DNA from: Candidatus Thorarchaeota archaeon
GTDB lineage: Archaea > Asgardarchaeota > Thorarchaeia > Thorarchaeales > Thorarchaeaceae
Reading direction: 5' to 3'
Length of the DNA: 64,000 nucleotides
Assembly (NCBI GenBank): GCA_016839445.1
Contig: JAEOUG010000027.1
Span: 1-64,000, forward strand
The notes under the pieces: generated by a model
What the model was told of the DNA's origin: nothing
What the model saw: only the letters and a program-made list of their open reading frames with translations
Databases searched by the model: none
Program-made: the position numbers and the translations under genes
In this document: piece after piece, positions 46,048 to 55,238 of the stretch
How the letters are laid out: each line of letters begins with the position of its first letter
Position numbering within the stretch: the stretch's first letter is position 1

Positions 46048-47078
46048 CCTGGGGACCGCTCCTTCTCGCAGATAGGTCAGCCAACCTCCGTTACCTCGTT
46101 CTTGCCGAGCTTCTGGGCAAGGCCGCGGAGGAAGAGGCGATGGAGTTGAGTGCTCTACGTGAAGAAGACCCCATTGTGAAATCCCTTCTTGCATTGCAGG
46201 GCGAGGGAGGCAAATGGAAACAGCTTGACCAGGCGGGATTCACAATCGGAGGCGCAGTCAGGGGGACTTCGGCAGCCCTCATGCGTCTCGGGTATCTGGG
46301 ATTCACAGCAAGCAATCCAGCAGTCAAGAGAGGAGCGGAGTATCTCTTCTCAAAGCAGCGAAAGGATGGTTCATGGCCACTGCCCGAGCGAGTATCGGAC
46401 TTCGAGTTCACGAAAGGCCCCTACACAATGACTCCAGTCCAGACCTCTGTGCCACTCCTTGCCCTAGCCATGTGCGGCTTTGCCGAAGACCCCCGTTCCG
46501 AGAGAGGTTATGAGTGGCTCGTGGAAACTAGGCTTGAAGACGGAACCTGGCCAGCCGGGAAGGTTGATGAGGTATTCGTGCGAATCGCAGGGTACCGAAG
46601 GCTGCCCCGTTCCGAGTGGGGTTGCAGAACGAACACAACCCAAGCGCTGCTCTGCTTCGCCCACCACAGGAAGAGGGCAAAGGAGAATGAAGCTCGCCGG
46701 GCCCTTGATCACTTGCTCTCCAGAGAAACTCGTGACAGGGGCAACCTGGGATTCAATGTTGCCCGATACTTGGGCTTCGAACCCTTCAGAGGAGCGCTCA
46801 CGTATCATGCCAGATTCGACCCAGCCCTTGTGTTGAGCATCTGCTCGAAGGTGGGGGCCAACAGATCTGACAAGCGAGTCGAGGAACTCATAGAGTGGCT
46901 GCTTCAACAGCAGGGGCCATACGGTCTCTGGGACTACGAGCCCAACCCTGAAGTGTCTCGCTGGGTGACCTTTGATGTCCTCCGGTCTCTTCAAGGGATT
47001 GACGATAGCACTCACTGGTTTTCTGCGAAGACGCGCGAGAAGTTCAGGGCCTATCCTCCGAAGAAGAAGAGGTTCTAG
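46044..47078 (+). CDS. Prenyltransferase/terpene-cyclase-like alpha/alpha toroid protein
   Basis: QW-like repeats: LLALQGEGGKW, LFSKQRKDGSW, LVETRLEDGTW, LLQQQGPYGLW; ATGA overlap with uvrA. Confidence 0.75.
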   Translation: MTWGPLLLADRSANLRYLVLAELLGKAAEEEAMELSALREEDPIVKSLLALQGEGGKWKQLDQAGFTIGGAVRGTSAALMRLGYLGFTASNPAVKRGAEYLFSKQRKDGSWPLPERVSDFEFTKGPYTMTPVQTSVPLLALAMCGFAEDPRSERGYEWLVETRLEDGTWPAGKVDEVFVRIAGYRRLPRSEWGCRTNTTQALLCFAHHRKRAKENEARRALDHLLSRETRDRGNLGFNVARYLGFEPFRGALTYHARFDPALVLSICSKVGANRSDKRVEELIEWLLQQQGPYGLWDYEPNPEVSRWVTFDVLRSLQGIDDSTHWFSAKTREKFRAYPPKKKRF

Positions 47079-47152
47079 TGACTTGAATCGGGCGTTGGGT
47101 CCAGAGGCCCTCACGCCTTCAGTGGATTGTGCCCTCTCGGAAAGAAGCAAGG

Positions 47153-47593
47153 CTATTTCGCACTCGACCTCGCAATGATGGTTAGAATGAGGCCAATGGC
47201 CCAAGCAGAGTGAGAGACCAGCCAAGTAAGAACGAGCAGAGCTGCAACACCGCCCATCAGATACGTACCGACTATGACGAAAATCAGGCTGAACAGACCG
47301 AACCCTGTAGCAATCGCGATGACCAGTTTCCCAGCACGCACATGGGATGTTGTCAGAAGATAGCCACCGATGATGACTGCAAGGCCACCAGACCACGCGA
47401 TGACGAATAGGACGAGGAGAATAACGTCAATGACTGGATACAGAGATGCGAGCTGAGGAATGGCATGGAAGAAGACGTAGAGCATGACTACTGTGCCAAT
47501 ACCATAGTTGTAGCTGGAGAAGATCAGTAGAAGTCCACCAATGATACAGAGGGCAAACGGCGTTTGATTCTTCATAGACTTCCTCTCTACCAT
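47153..47593 (-). CDS. Small 4-TM membrane protein
   Basis: Hydrophobic from MKNQTP onward; start at 47593 or 47575. Confidence 0.7.
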   Translation of the reverse strand: MVERKSMKNQTPFALCIIGGLLLIFSSYNYGIGTVVMLYVFFHAIPQLASLYPVIDVILLVLFVIAWSGGLAVIIGGYLLTTSHVRAGKLVIAIATGFGLFSLIFVIVGTYLMGGVAALLVLTWLVSHSAWAIGLILTIIARSSAK

Positions 47594-47724
47594 GACGGTA
47601 CTTGAACGTGCTATTGTGTCTTGCCCATAGAGGACGACCTTGCGCAGACCCGTCTTGGCCCAAAGACACAAGACGTATGTTGCTGCACCATTGTCCAGCC
47701 TTCGAAGATCACTGAGGGAGAGAA

Positions 47725-48471
47725 TTGGTATCAAGACTTGAGGAACTAATGCGAATTCGGCAAGAGGTAGATGCGACCGCAGATGAGATTCCTGCTGATA
47801 CACGGAAGGAGTTCTGGAAACTTGTGCGGTCCATCAAACGTGAACAGGAGCCAAACATCGAAGAGGTCAAGCTTGCCACAGAGATTCGCAACATTCTCTT
47901 CTCAATTGATAGGAGCGGTGTATATAGGATAGGCCCATGGCTAGGGACTCAGACTGTAGGGGCCGCCGTTGCAGCCTGCCTGTTTCTGTATGGACTGTCT
48001 ATTCCAGTAGACTGGCTCGCACTTCTGTCTTGGTCACTGTCTGAGGTCTTTGCCGTCGTCCTGAGATTCCTGGGCCTATTCCTCATTGTAGCACTTCTCT
48101 ACCCCTATGGCAGGCTTATCGCAAGCAGGCTCACGGGAATCCGGGTTGACGGGATGTGCTTTGACGAGTATAAGGAGCCGACTATCAAGATCGATTACGA
48201 GACATTCCTCCTTGCGTCGCCGCCAAAGAGGAAGTGGTTCTTCTTCTTCTCAGGGCTGTGGACACTCATTTTGTCACTCTCTACTGGTTTCATCGGTTTC
48301 GTTCTTGCAGGTGACATTCTGGGATTCACATTTGGCGCATTCCTTGTCGTGTTCTATGCGTTTACCCTGACCTCTGGGACCACGTCACACTCGCGCGGCG
48401 AGATGGCGCATTACAACCGAGAAAAGCGAATCGAGAGAGCATGGAAGAAGAAACGCGAGCAGAAGCAGTAG
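47725..48471 (+). CDS. Membrane protein
   Basis: Charged N-terminal helix, 4 TMs, PTIKIDYETFL loop. Confidence 0.7.
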   Translation: MVSRLEELMRIRQEVDATADEIPADTRKEFWKLVRSIKREQEPNIEEVKLATEIRNILFSIDRSGVYRIGPWLGTQTVGAAVAACLFLYGLSIPVDWLALLSWSLSEVFAVVLRFLGLFLIVALLYPYGRLIASRLTGIRVDGMCFDEYKEPTIKIDYETFLLASPPKRKWFFFFSGLWTLILSLSTGFIGFVLAGDILGFTFGAFLVVFYAFTLTSGTTSHSRGEMAHYNREKRIERAWKKKREQKQ

Positions 48472-48590
48472 ATGACCATCTCTTCACGAATCTAGGTCAC
48501 ATCTCGCGACCCTCACTTGTGACCCCAACAAGTGGCTTCGGGTTATATACTGAGCAACCGGGGTCTACTAGTATCTGGAGTCAGATTGAG

Positions 48591-50117
48591 ATGAGCAGAA
48601 CTTCCTCATTCATGGGATTCACTGACGCCGACGAGAAAGCCATGCATCTTGGCCGTGTGCTCATGATCCTTCTACCTACTGCCAACATCATCTTCACTCT
48701 CAGCTCGACGTTCTACACCATCTTTGTAGCGGAGGCTCTGGGTGGTGGTAGTTTCATCGAGGGATTGGGAATGCTAGGTGTCCTAGTTGCCATTGAGATG
48801 GTTGTTCAGACCGCATTGGACTACCCTTCGGGAGCACTTGGGGATTGGTTGGGCCAGCGGTACGTCATCGCAGTGGGCAACATGCTCTACGGTGTCGTGT
48901 TCTTCATGATATCCTTCGTCGATCGCTTCACGCCCTTCTGGTACCTCGTTCTCATCTACGTCATTCAGGGTGTGGCCCAATCCCAGATTAGTGGAGCTTG
49001 GAGCGCTTGGTTTGACAACAACTACAGAGTAGCCATGCCGGCGGACACAGAACGCAAGCAGTATGGCGTCTTCTGGGGCCGTATGGGGATGATTAGTCAG
49101 ATTGCGTCAACGGCGGCACTAATCCCGGGAAGCCTTCTAGCAGCTGCCTTCCAGCGTCCGTTTGTCTTCCGCTTAGAGGCAATAGGGGCAGTCTTCTTCG
49201 CTATGCTTGTGATGCGCTACATCAGAGACTTCCCTGAGGTGGAAGCCATGCGTGAAGAGAAGCCCACCCTTAGCCAGTACACAGGTCTGCTCAAGGAGGG
49301 TCTCTCCTACATGTGGAGAACTCCCTTCGTGAAGTGGCTTGTCCTGGGATCAATGCTGACTGCCAGCTCGATGAGCGTATGGGGCAACCTCATCCTCTTT
49401 CCGCTCTACTACTCGTATCTGATCACAGACGTTGCGGTAGCCTCCTATCGCACAATCCTGTTTGCGCCAGGAGTCTTCGCAAACGAGAGGTCAGGTGTAT
49501 GGTCGCAGCGCTTTGATGCGAAGAAGTGGATACCGAGATTCAGGATACTTCAGGCATGCAGTGTTGTCTTCTTCATTGTAGTGGCGGCACTCATGTTCTT
49601 CTTCCCTCCAGTCGGAGAGGATGTGGCACAGATGGTCAGAGTGATGTGGCCCTTCACGAGCATAGTGCTCATCGAACTTCCGATGCAACACATTCTGCCA
49701 GCCATTATCCTCTTCACTCTGTTCACTATAACGCTGTTCTTCAATGGATTCGCCGAAATCCTCACCCAGAGAGTACTGCTGGATGCGATCCCTGACAGGA
49801 ACCGTAACTCCCTGTACTCGTTGCAGCCGACAATACTCCTCATCTTCTCCGCGCCTCAGATTGCACTACTCGGATGGCTAATTCCAGCAATAGGATTCCC
49901 TGCAACACTTCTGATTTGCTCGGGTGTTTCGATGGCAGGCGTTGTGATAATCAGATACGCGCTTGACCAGGAGAGACCTCAGATTCAGCGAGTGGGTCCA
50001 CAGGCCGAAGGCAGCGAGGCCGGAAGCCCTGATGGACTGAATGCAGACCTGTCGGAAGAAGAAGTGCGGGAGGACGTCGAGAGAGTAATCGCGCCGGGTG
50101 TAGAATTGGCAGACTGA
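48591..50117 (+). CDS. MFS transporter
   Basis: DYPSGALGDWLGQR, SGAWSAW; about 12 TMs. Confidence 0.88.
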   Translation: MSRTSSFMGFTDADEKAMHLGRVLMILLPTANIIFTLSSTFYTIFVAEALGGGSFIEGLGMLGVLVAIEMVVQTALDYPSGALGDWLGQRYVIAVGNMLYGVVFFMISFVDRFTPFWYLVLIYVIQGVAQSQISGAWSAWFDNNYRVAMPADTERKQYGVFWGRMGMISQIASTAALIPGSLLAAAFQRPFVFRLEAIGAVFFAMLVMRYIRDFPEVEAMREEKPTLSQYTGLLKEGLSYMWRTPFVKWLVLGSMLTASSMSVWGNLILFPLYYSYLITDVAVASYRTILFAPGVFANERSGVWSQRFDAKKWIPRFRILQACSVVFFIVVAALMFFFPPVGEDVAQMVRVMWPFTSIVLIELPMQHILPAIILFTLFTITLFFNGFAEILTQRVLLDAIPDRNRNSLYSLQPTILLIFSAPQIALLGWLIPAIGFPATLLICSGVSMAGVVIIRYALDQERPQIQRVGPQAEGSEAGSPDGLNADLSEEEVREDVERVIAPGVELAD

Positions 50118-50263
50118 CCCAGCTAATCAGAGAGGGATCTGATTCCGAGCCTCGTTTCGGCTGTCCCTCGTCATAGTGAGGAGTGGGATAGCAACCACTC
50201 CTCCCATTGTGAGGAAAATTGCTCTGAAATCGCACCTTAATTACGAATGGTGGCTGGTTTCTC

Positions 50264-51310
50264 GTGCAAGAGGTTCACAAGGTGACAGTGTCATACAAGA
50301 AGATAGACGACACACTAGTGCTCATGCACCAGTTCCACGGTCGAATTGGAGACCTACCTGAGATCTTCGGCAGACTTGAAGCAGAGGCGGGAGATGCCAA
50401 GAGTGGGCATCCTGTAGTTGTACATCATTGGCCTCTGACAGATGAAGAAGGCCGCACTATGGATGTCTGCATCCCATTGGCACACAAGATCGAATCTGAC
50501 GAATACGAGGTGACTACACTGGAGGGCGGCATGGCGGCCACGGCCGTTCACAAGGGGCCCTATGCATCGATCAGCGAAACATATCAGAAACTCATCCCAG
50601 AGATATATCGGCACGGACACCCGGTGCAGGAGAACGGTCGGGAGGCTTACATCTGCTTGGACCTTGAGAACCCCGAGAACACAATTGTCGAAATCCAAGC
50701 CATGCTTGTGAGCTTTGAAGAGAAGTTCGCCACGAACCTACAGAGGGTTCTTGGAGAGGTGGATTCCGAACAGGTCATTGCCAAGATGTCAGACCTGGAG
50801 ATGGAAACGAATCAGCCACAACGATCTGCTGTTATTGCGGAGGCCCTCAAGAAGCTTGACGAAGTGGCTACGGACGACCAGAAGTACGAAATCCTCTCTC
50901 CCTGCGGACACCAGTTTCCCAAAGAGCTGATAGAAGACATGCGAAAGCTGTACCTAGAAACTAACAGCATCGACCATGTCATTGAAGCAATGAGGAATGG
51001 ACACGCATTCTATCCGAAACTTCGACGCGAGGGCAATGTCATCTATGACAGAAAGGGACCAGCCAGAAGAGAGGCGTTCGAGAAAGCTGAAACACGAGAA
51101 GAGAAGATGCGAGCGACATGCTTCTGTCCACTCTTGAAGGACGTCTGGGACGAGATGCCGTGGACATTCTGCTACTGCGCCGCCGGTTGGCCCAAACGAC
51201 TTCTTGAAGGCATTCTGCAGCAGCCTGTCAGAGTGGAAGTCAACAGAGCCCTCACAAAGGGCGATGACTACTGCGAGTTCGCGATTCATCTGCCGGACGG
51301 CGTGACGTAG
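50264..51310 (+). CDS. GyrI-like ligand-binding domain fused to a Cys-rich V4R/DUF6144-like domain
   Basis: HKGPYASISETY, REAYI; C-terminal CFCP, CYCAAGW, GDDYCEF. Confidence 0.8.
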   Translation: MQEVHKVTVSYKKIDDTLVLMHQFHGRIGDLPEIFGRLEAEAGDAKSGHPVVVHHWPLTDEEGRTMDVCIPLAHKIESDEYEVTTLEGGMAATAVHKGPYASISETYQKLIPEIYRHGHPVQENGREAYICLDLENPENTIVEIQAMLVSFEEKFATNLQRVLGEVDSEQVIAKMSDLEMETNQPQRSAVIAEALKKLDEVATDDQKYEILSPCGHQFPKELIEDMRKLYLETNSIDHVIEAMRNGHAFYPKLRREGNVIYDRKGPARREAFEKAETREEKMRATCFCPLLKDVWDEMPWTFCYCAAGWPKRLLEGILQQPVRVEVNRALTKGDDYCEFAIHLPDGVT

Positions 51311-51312
51311 GC

Positions 51313-51738
51313 CTACGACTTCATCAGCGTGACGAGAGCCTCACCCACAAGCACGGTCTTGCCATCCTGGTTGACACATGAGGTTGCGAGAGTGACTCGC
51401 CTCTTCTCGTCATTCAGGTTGGATACCTCTACGCGTGCTGTGATTGTATCGCCTATTCGTACAGGCCCCAGGAACTTCATGCTCTGGCTCATGTATATCG
51501 TGCCTGCACCTGGAAGGTGCATGCCGATGGCCGCACTGATGTAGGAGGCTGTCAATATGCCGTGTGCGATACGACCCTCAAACATCGTTGTCTTCGCCCA
51601 GTCCTCATCGAAGTGTAGCGGATTGTAGTCTCCACTGAGGTCTCCGAACGTCTGGATATCTTTCTCAGTCACAGTGTGGACAACCTCTGCAGATTGCCCG
51701 AGCTGAAGATCTTCGTATTTCGTCAGTTTCATTCTCAA
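51313..51738 (-). CDS. MaoC/PhaJ-like (R)-enoyl-CoA hydratase
   Basis: SGDYNPLH, RIAHG, PGAG, FLGPVRIGD. Confidence 0.92.
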   Translation of the reverse strand: MRMKLTKYEDLQLGQSAEVVHTVTEKDIQTFGDLSGDYNPLHFDEDWAKTTMFEGRIAHGILTASYISAAIGMHLPGAGTIYMSQSMKFLGPVRIGDTITARVEVSNLNDEKRRVTLATSCVNQDGKTVLVGEALVTLMKS

Positions 51739-52764
51739 TCACTCCTGGGGGCCCCACTTGATAGCCATCGCATTCCATGACCACCCGATGCCTGCTGCAG
51801 TCAGGACCACAAGGTCACCTTCCTTGATCTTGCCGTCCTTGAGACCTTCTTCTATGGATACGATTGCATCATTCTGGCCCATATGACCCCACTCCTCGAA
51901 GTAGGTTGATTGCTTGTAGGGATCCACACCGAGCTCGTTTGCCACGAACTCAAAGGCGCTCCTCTTCATGCGAATGAGTCCTAGATAGTCTATGTCCTTC
52001 CTTGAGTAGCCACTGCGCTCCAGAGCCTCATCAACGACCTTGAGGAAGTTCTGCATCGACAGCTTGTCTAATCGCTCCTTGAGACCCTCAGGGTCAGTGA
52101 CATCGAGATAGATGAGCTCCTTCTCGATTGCTTCGCAGGAGATCGGCATGACAGTGCCACCAGCGGGAACGTATACATCCTCCGAGAAGCGTCCGTCTGA
52201 GATTACGCTACCCTCGAGAACCACATTTCGCGGATAGTCAGCGCGGAGAATCATCGCGACACCGCTTGCTGCAAGATCGTGCATGAAGCGGGTCCGGATG
52301 TTCTTGTAGTTGATCAGATCGCTGTTTCGATAGCCGCTGCCAATCAGTACTCGCTTGTACCCGTGGGCTTCCATCAGTGCTTTCGCCAGAATCATGGCAA
52401 CTACAATGGTGCCGCACCGCTGGTTCACATCGAAGGCCCAAGCGTTCGTGGCGCCAACCTCTTGCTGGAACTTGATTCCGTAGGTCTGCATCGGACGCTC
52501 AGCATAGACTTCTCCCGCCCAGATCACAACGTCGATGTCCTTTGCAGGGTCAATGCCGGCGCGCTCAATAGCAATCTTCGCGGCTCGCACGCCCATGGCA
52601 ACCGTATGGTCGTCTGGGCCCGGGACTGCCTTGCTCTTGAGCCCCATCTTTGTGATGAGAATCTCCTCTGGTGTTCCCGAGTGCTCCGAGATGTAGGCGG
52701 CTGTGTGTCGCTCCTTGGGAATGTACACTCCGATGGATTCTACTCCAATCTTCGTCTTGCTCAT
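51739..52764 (-). CDS. 3-oxoacyl-ACP synthase III (FabH)-like condensing enzyme
   Basis: AFDVNQRCG, MKRS, GHMGQND, AAGIGWSW. Confidence 0.88.
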   Translation of the reverse strand: MSKTKIGVESIGVYIPKERHTAAYISEHSGTPEEILITKMGLKSKAVPGPDDHTVAMGVRAAKIAIERAGIDPAKDIDVVIWAGEVYAERPMQTYGIKFQQEVGATNAWAFDVNQRCGTIVVAMILAKALMEAHGYKRVLIGSGYRNSDLINYKNIRTRFMHDLAASGVAMILRADYPRNVVLEGSVISDGRFSEDVYVPAGGTVMPISCEAIEKELIYLDVTDPEGLKERLDKLSMQNFLKVVDEALERSGYSRKDIDYLGLIRMKRSAFEFVANELGVDPYKQSTYFEEWGHMGQNDAIVSIEEGLKDGKIKEGDLVVLTAAGIGWSWNAMAIKWGPQE

Positions 52765-54302
52765 TGCTTGTCCTCCTTCTCAAGTTCTCTCTTCAGTATC
52801 TTTCCAGCAGCACTCTTCGGAAGCTCGTCACGGAATTCGTAGTGCTTGGGGATCTTGTATCTCGCCAGTTTCCCTTCCAGATAAGAGAGTATCTCCCCCT
52901 CTGTGAGTTCCATGTTAGGTTTTGTCACAATGAAGGCCTTGCCAACTTCACCCCACTTCTCGTGCGGAACGCCGACCACCGCTGCCTCTAGGACAGCAGG
53001 GTGCTTGAAGAGCAGCTCCTCAATCTCGGTGGGGTAGACGTTCTCTCCCCCCGAGATGAACATATCCTTCTTCCTGCCCACTATGTAATGGAAGCCCTCT
53101 TCATCCTTCATCGCTAAGTCGCCCGTGTGAACCCAGCCGTCTTCCTCAATGGCATTGGCCGTTTCCCCAGGTTCATCCCAGTATCCTGAGAAGATGTGCG
53201 GCCCACGCAGCATGAGCTCACCAACCTCTCCCGGTGCAACTTCATTGAGGTCGTCATCTGCAATCTTCATATCGCAGTGAAATACCGGAAATCCGACAGC
53301 TGTGGGCTTGCGCTTCACCTCACTCTCAGGCAAGTAGAAGTTGTTCGGTCCGACCTCTGTGAGACCGTATCCCATCTTCAGAATCTTGTCGCGAGCCCAG
53401 TACCTCTCCATGATGGCCACCGGGCACGGCGCCCCACCACTAATGAACACGCGCACACTGCTGAAGTCTGCCTTACTGAACTCTGGTGACTGCGCCATCA
53501 TGTTGAACATGGTGGGAACTCCAATCACAATGGTGCAGCGCTCATCACGAATGACTCGCAGGGTTTCTTCAACACTGAAGTCACCCATGATGATAGACAT
53601 CGCGCCCAGATGGTAGAAGGGGACGAGGAGTACATTGATGCCACCCGTATGAAACAACGGGAACAGCAGAGGCTGAATATCATCGGGGCGAAGCTCCCAT
53701 GAAACTATGGTGTTCACCGAGTTCCAGAAGACCAGTCCATGAGACAGGACTGCTCCTTTTGGCAGGCCTGTTGTGCCACCTGTGAAGACTATCAGATAGG
53801 GATCGTCAAATGTGAGGGAGGGCCGCTCTACAGCCGCCACAGACTTCAGCCTTCTTAGTGATGCCATATCCTTGTCGCCATCTACCCCCTTCTCACCCAT
53901 GACGAATGTGTCCCTCTTTCCAACCGAATCGCGGAAAGCCTCGAACTCGCTCGACGTGCTGGGATCGTAGAAGAAGACCTTTGGATCCGTCTTGTCTATC
54001 AGATAGTCTACTTCTCTTGGAGTGAGTCGAGTGTTGAACGGTACAAGGATGCTACCTATCTTGCCGCATGCGAAGAGGAGGTCAAGGAAGTCGAACCGGT
54101 TCTTGGCATACACTCCCACACGATCACCTTTCGACACACCCAAGTCGAGCAGAGCACGCGCCATGCCATTGGCTCGCTCGTCCATTGATAGGAAGGTGTA
54201 TCTAGCGCCACTCAGGTTGTCGACAATGGCTTCCTTCTTGGGTGTCAGGAGGGCGCGTCTTCCCGTCCAATCACCTATCCAAGACCAGTCGTTCCATTTC
54301 AT
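52761..54302 (-). CDS. Long-chain acyl-CoA ligase (AMP-binding)
   Basis: FTGGTTGLPKG, GYGLTE, TGD, GRKKD, ISGGENVYP. Confidence 0.95.
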   Translation of the reverse strand: MKWNDWSWIGDWTGRRALLTPKKEAIVDNLSGARYTFLSMDERANGMARALLDLGVSKGDRVGVYAKNRFDFLDLLFACGKIGSILVPFNTRLTPREVDYLIDKTDPKVFFYDPSTSSEFEAFRDSVGKRDTFVMGEKGVDGDKDMASLRRLKSVAAVERPSLTFDDPYLIVFTGGTTGLPKGAVLSHGLVFWNSVNTIVSWELRPDDIQPLLFPLFHTGGINVLLVPFYHLGAMSIIMGDFSVEETLRVIRDERCTIVIGVPTMFNMMAQSPEFSKADFSSVRVFISGGAPCPVAIMERYWARDKILKMGYGLTEVGPNNFYLPESEVKRKPTAVGFPVFHCDMKIADDDLNEVAPGEVGELMLRGPHIFSGYWDEPGETANAIEEDGWVHTGDLAMKDEEGFHYIVGRKKDMFISGGENVYPTEIEELLFKHPAVLEAAVVGVPHEKWGEVGKAFIVTKPNMELTEGEILSYLEGKLARYKIPKHYEFRDELPKSAAGKILKRELEKEDKQ

Positions 54303-54422
54303 TCGGGTGCACCGAAGTCAGATTGACTATCGTTGGTATTAGTCTTACTCCTCGAAAACACGTGTTTCCACGGAGAAACGAACTTATCAATCCAGAGTGA
54401 TATGCAGTGATGTGTGTTCAGC

Positions 54423-55232
54423 ATGCCAAGTGCGAGAGGGACTGTCACCATTGTAGACGCGCAACCCGAGGATGCCCCATTACTGGCGGAGATATCTAAA
54501 CGTGCATTTGAGTCAGACATCGAAGTCGGAGCGAGTGCGAAGGGAGGCCCCCAGGGGTATGACTCGAAGACCGCACACAGACGAGATGTCGAGAGCGACT
54601 ACCTTGACTACATCAAGATACTCTTCAACGGAGAGCTTGTCGGAGGAATGAGGGTATTTCGGGCAAACGACGCGGGGCAGTACGACATCTGGGGAGTGTT
54701 CGTTGACCCAGAATACCACAGAAGAGGCATCGCATCAAGAGCATTCCGCCTAGTGATGGACAGGTATCCAGAAGCCAAGATATGGACTCTTGACACTCCC
54801 GAGTGGAATGTCAGAACAAGGAGATTCTACCAAGACAAGCTGGGGTTTGCGAAGAGAGGCATTCTGCGATGGGAGCAGGATTTCGATCTAATATACTACG
54901 AGCTTCTCGTTGATGAAACCTATGAGCATCCCTTGACTCCCCTTGCCGAGTTGGTCGATGGACTCAAGGGGCTTGCAGTAGAAGGATTGGTCACCTCTGT
55001 TGGGAACATCAAGAAGGTCTATTCGAAGCGGGACGGCAAGAACCACATGGTGGCAGAAGCCGGACTGCAGGACGGTACGGGCACCGCAACACTAACGCTT
55101 TGGGATGACTTCATTCGGCAAGTGAGAAAGGGAGAGAGAGTCCGGATTGAGAGAGCGTACACTTCAATGTACGACAAGGAGCTCTTCCTCAATGTCAGCA
55201 GATATGGGAGATTGGTCATACTGACTGAGTGA
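54423..55232 (+). CDS. GNAT acetyltransferase fused to an SSB-like OB fold
   Basis: FVDPEYHRRGIA, NVRTRRFY..LGF; C-terminal LQDGTG..LTLWD...LNVSRYG. Confidence 0.85.
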   Translation: MPSARGTVTIVDAQPEDAPLLAEISKRAFESDIEVGASAKGGPQGYDSKTAHRRDVESDYLDYIKILFNGELVGGMRVFRANDAGQYDIWGVFVDPEYHRRGIASRAFRLVMDRYPEAKIWTLDTPEWNVRTRRFYQDKLGFAKRGILRWEQDFDLIYYELLVDETYEHPLTPLAELVDGLKGLAVEGLVTSVGNIKKVYSKRDGKNHMVAEAGLQDGTGTATLTLWDDFIRQVRKGERVRIERAYTSMYDKELFLNVSRYGRLVILTE

Positions 55233-55238
55233 AAGAAC

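Noticed and set aside
46044-47078. Squalene-hopene cyclase call
   Set aside because: Only a single domain of 344 aa with no DxDD motif; only the fold-level call is kept
499-47078. DNA-repair genes (zf-PARP, AlkD, Fpg-like, UvrA) as one island
   Set aside because: They are scattered among unrelated metabolic genes on both strands, with no shared upstream motif seen
46464-47803. ORF 46464-47396 and the long N-terminal extension of 47153-47803
   Set aside because: They overlap better-supported genes; only the hydrophobic part from about 47593 looks real
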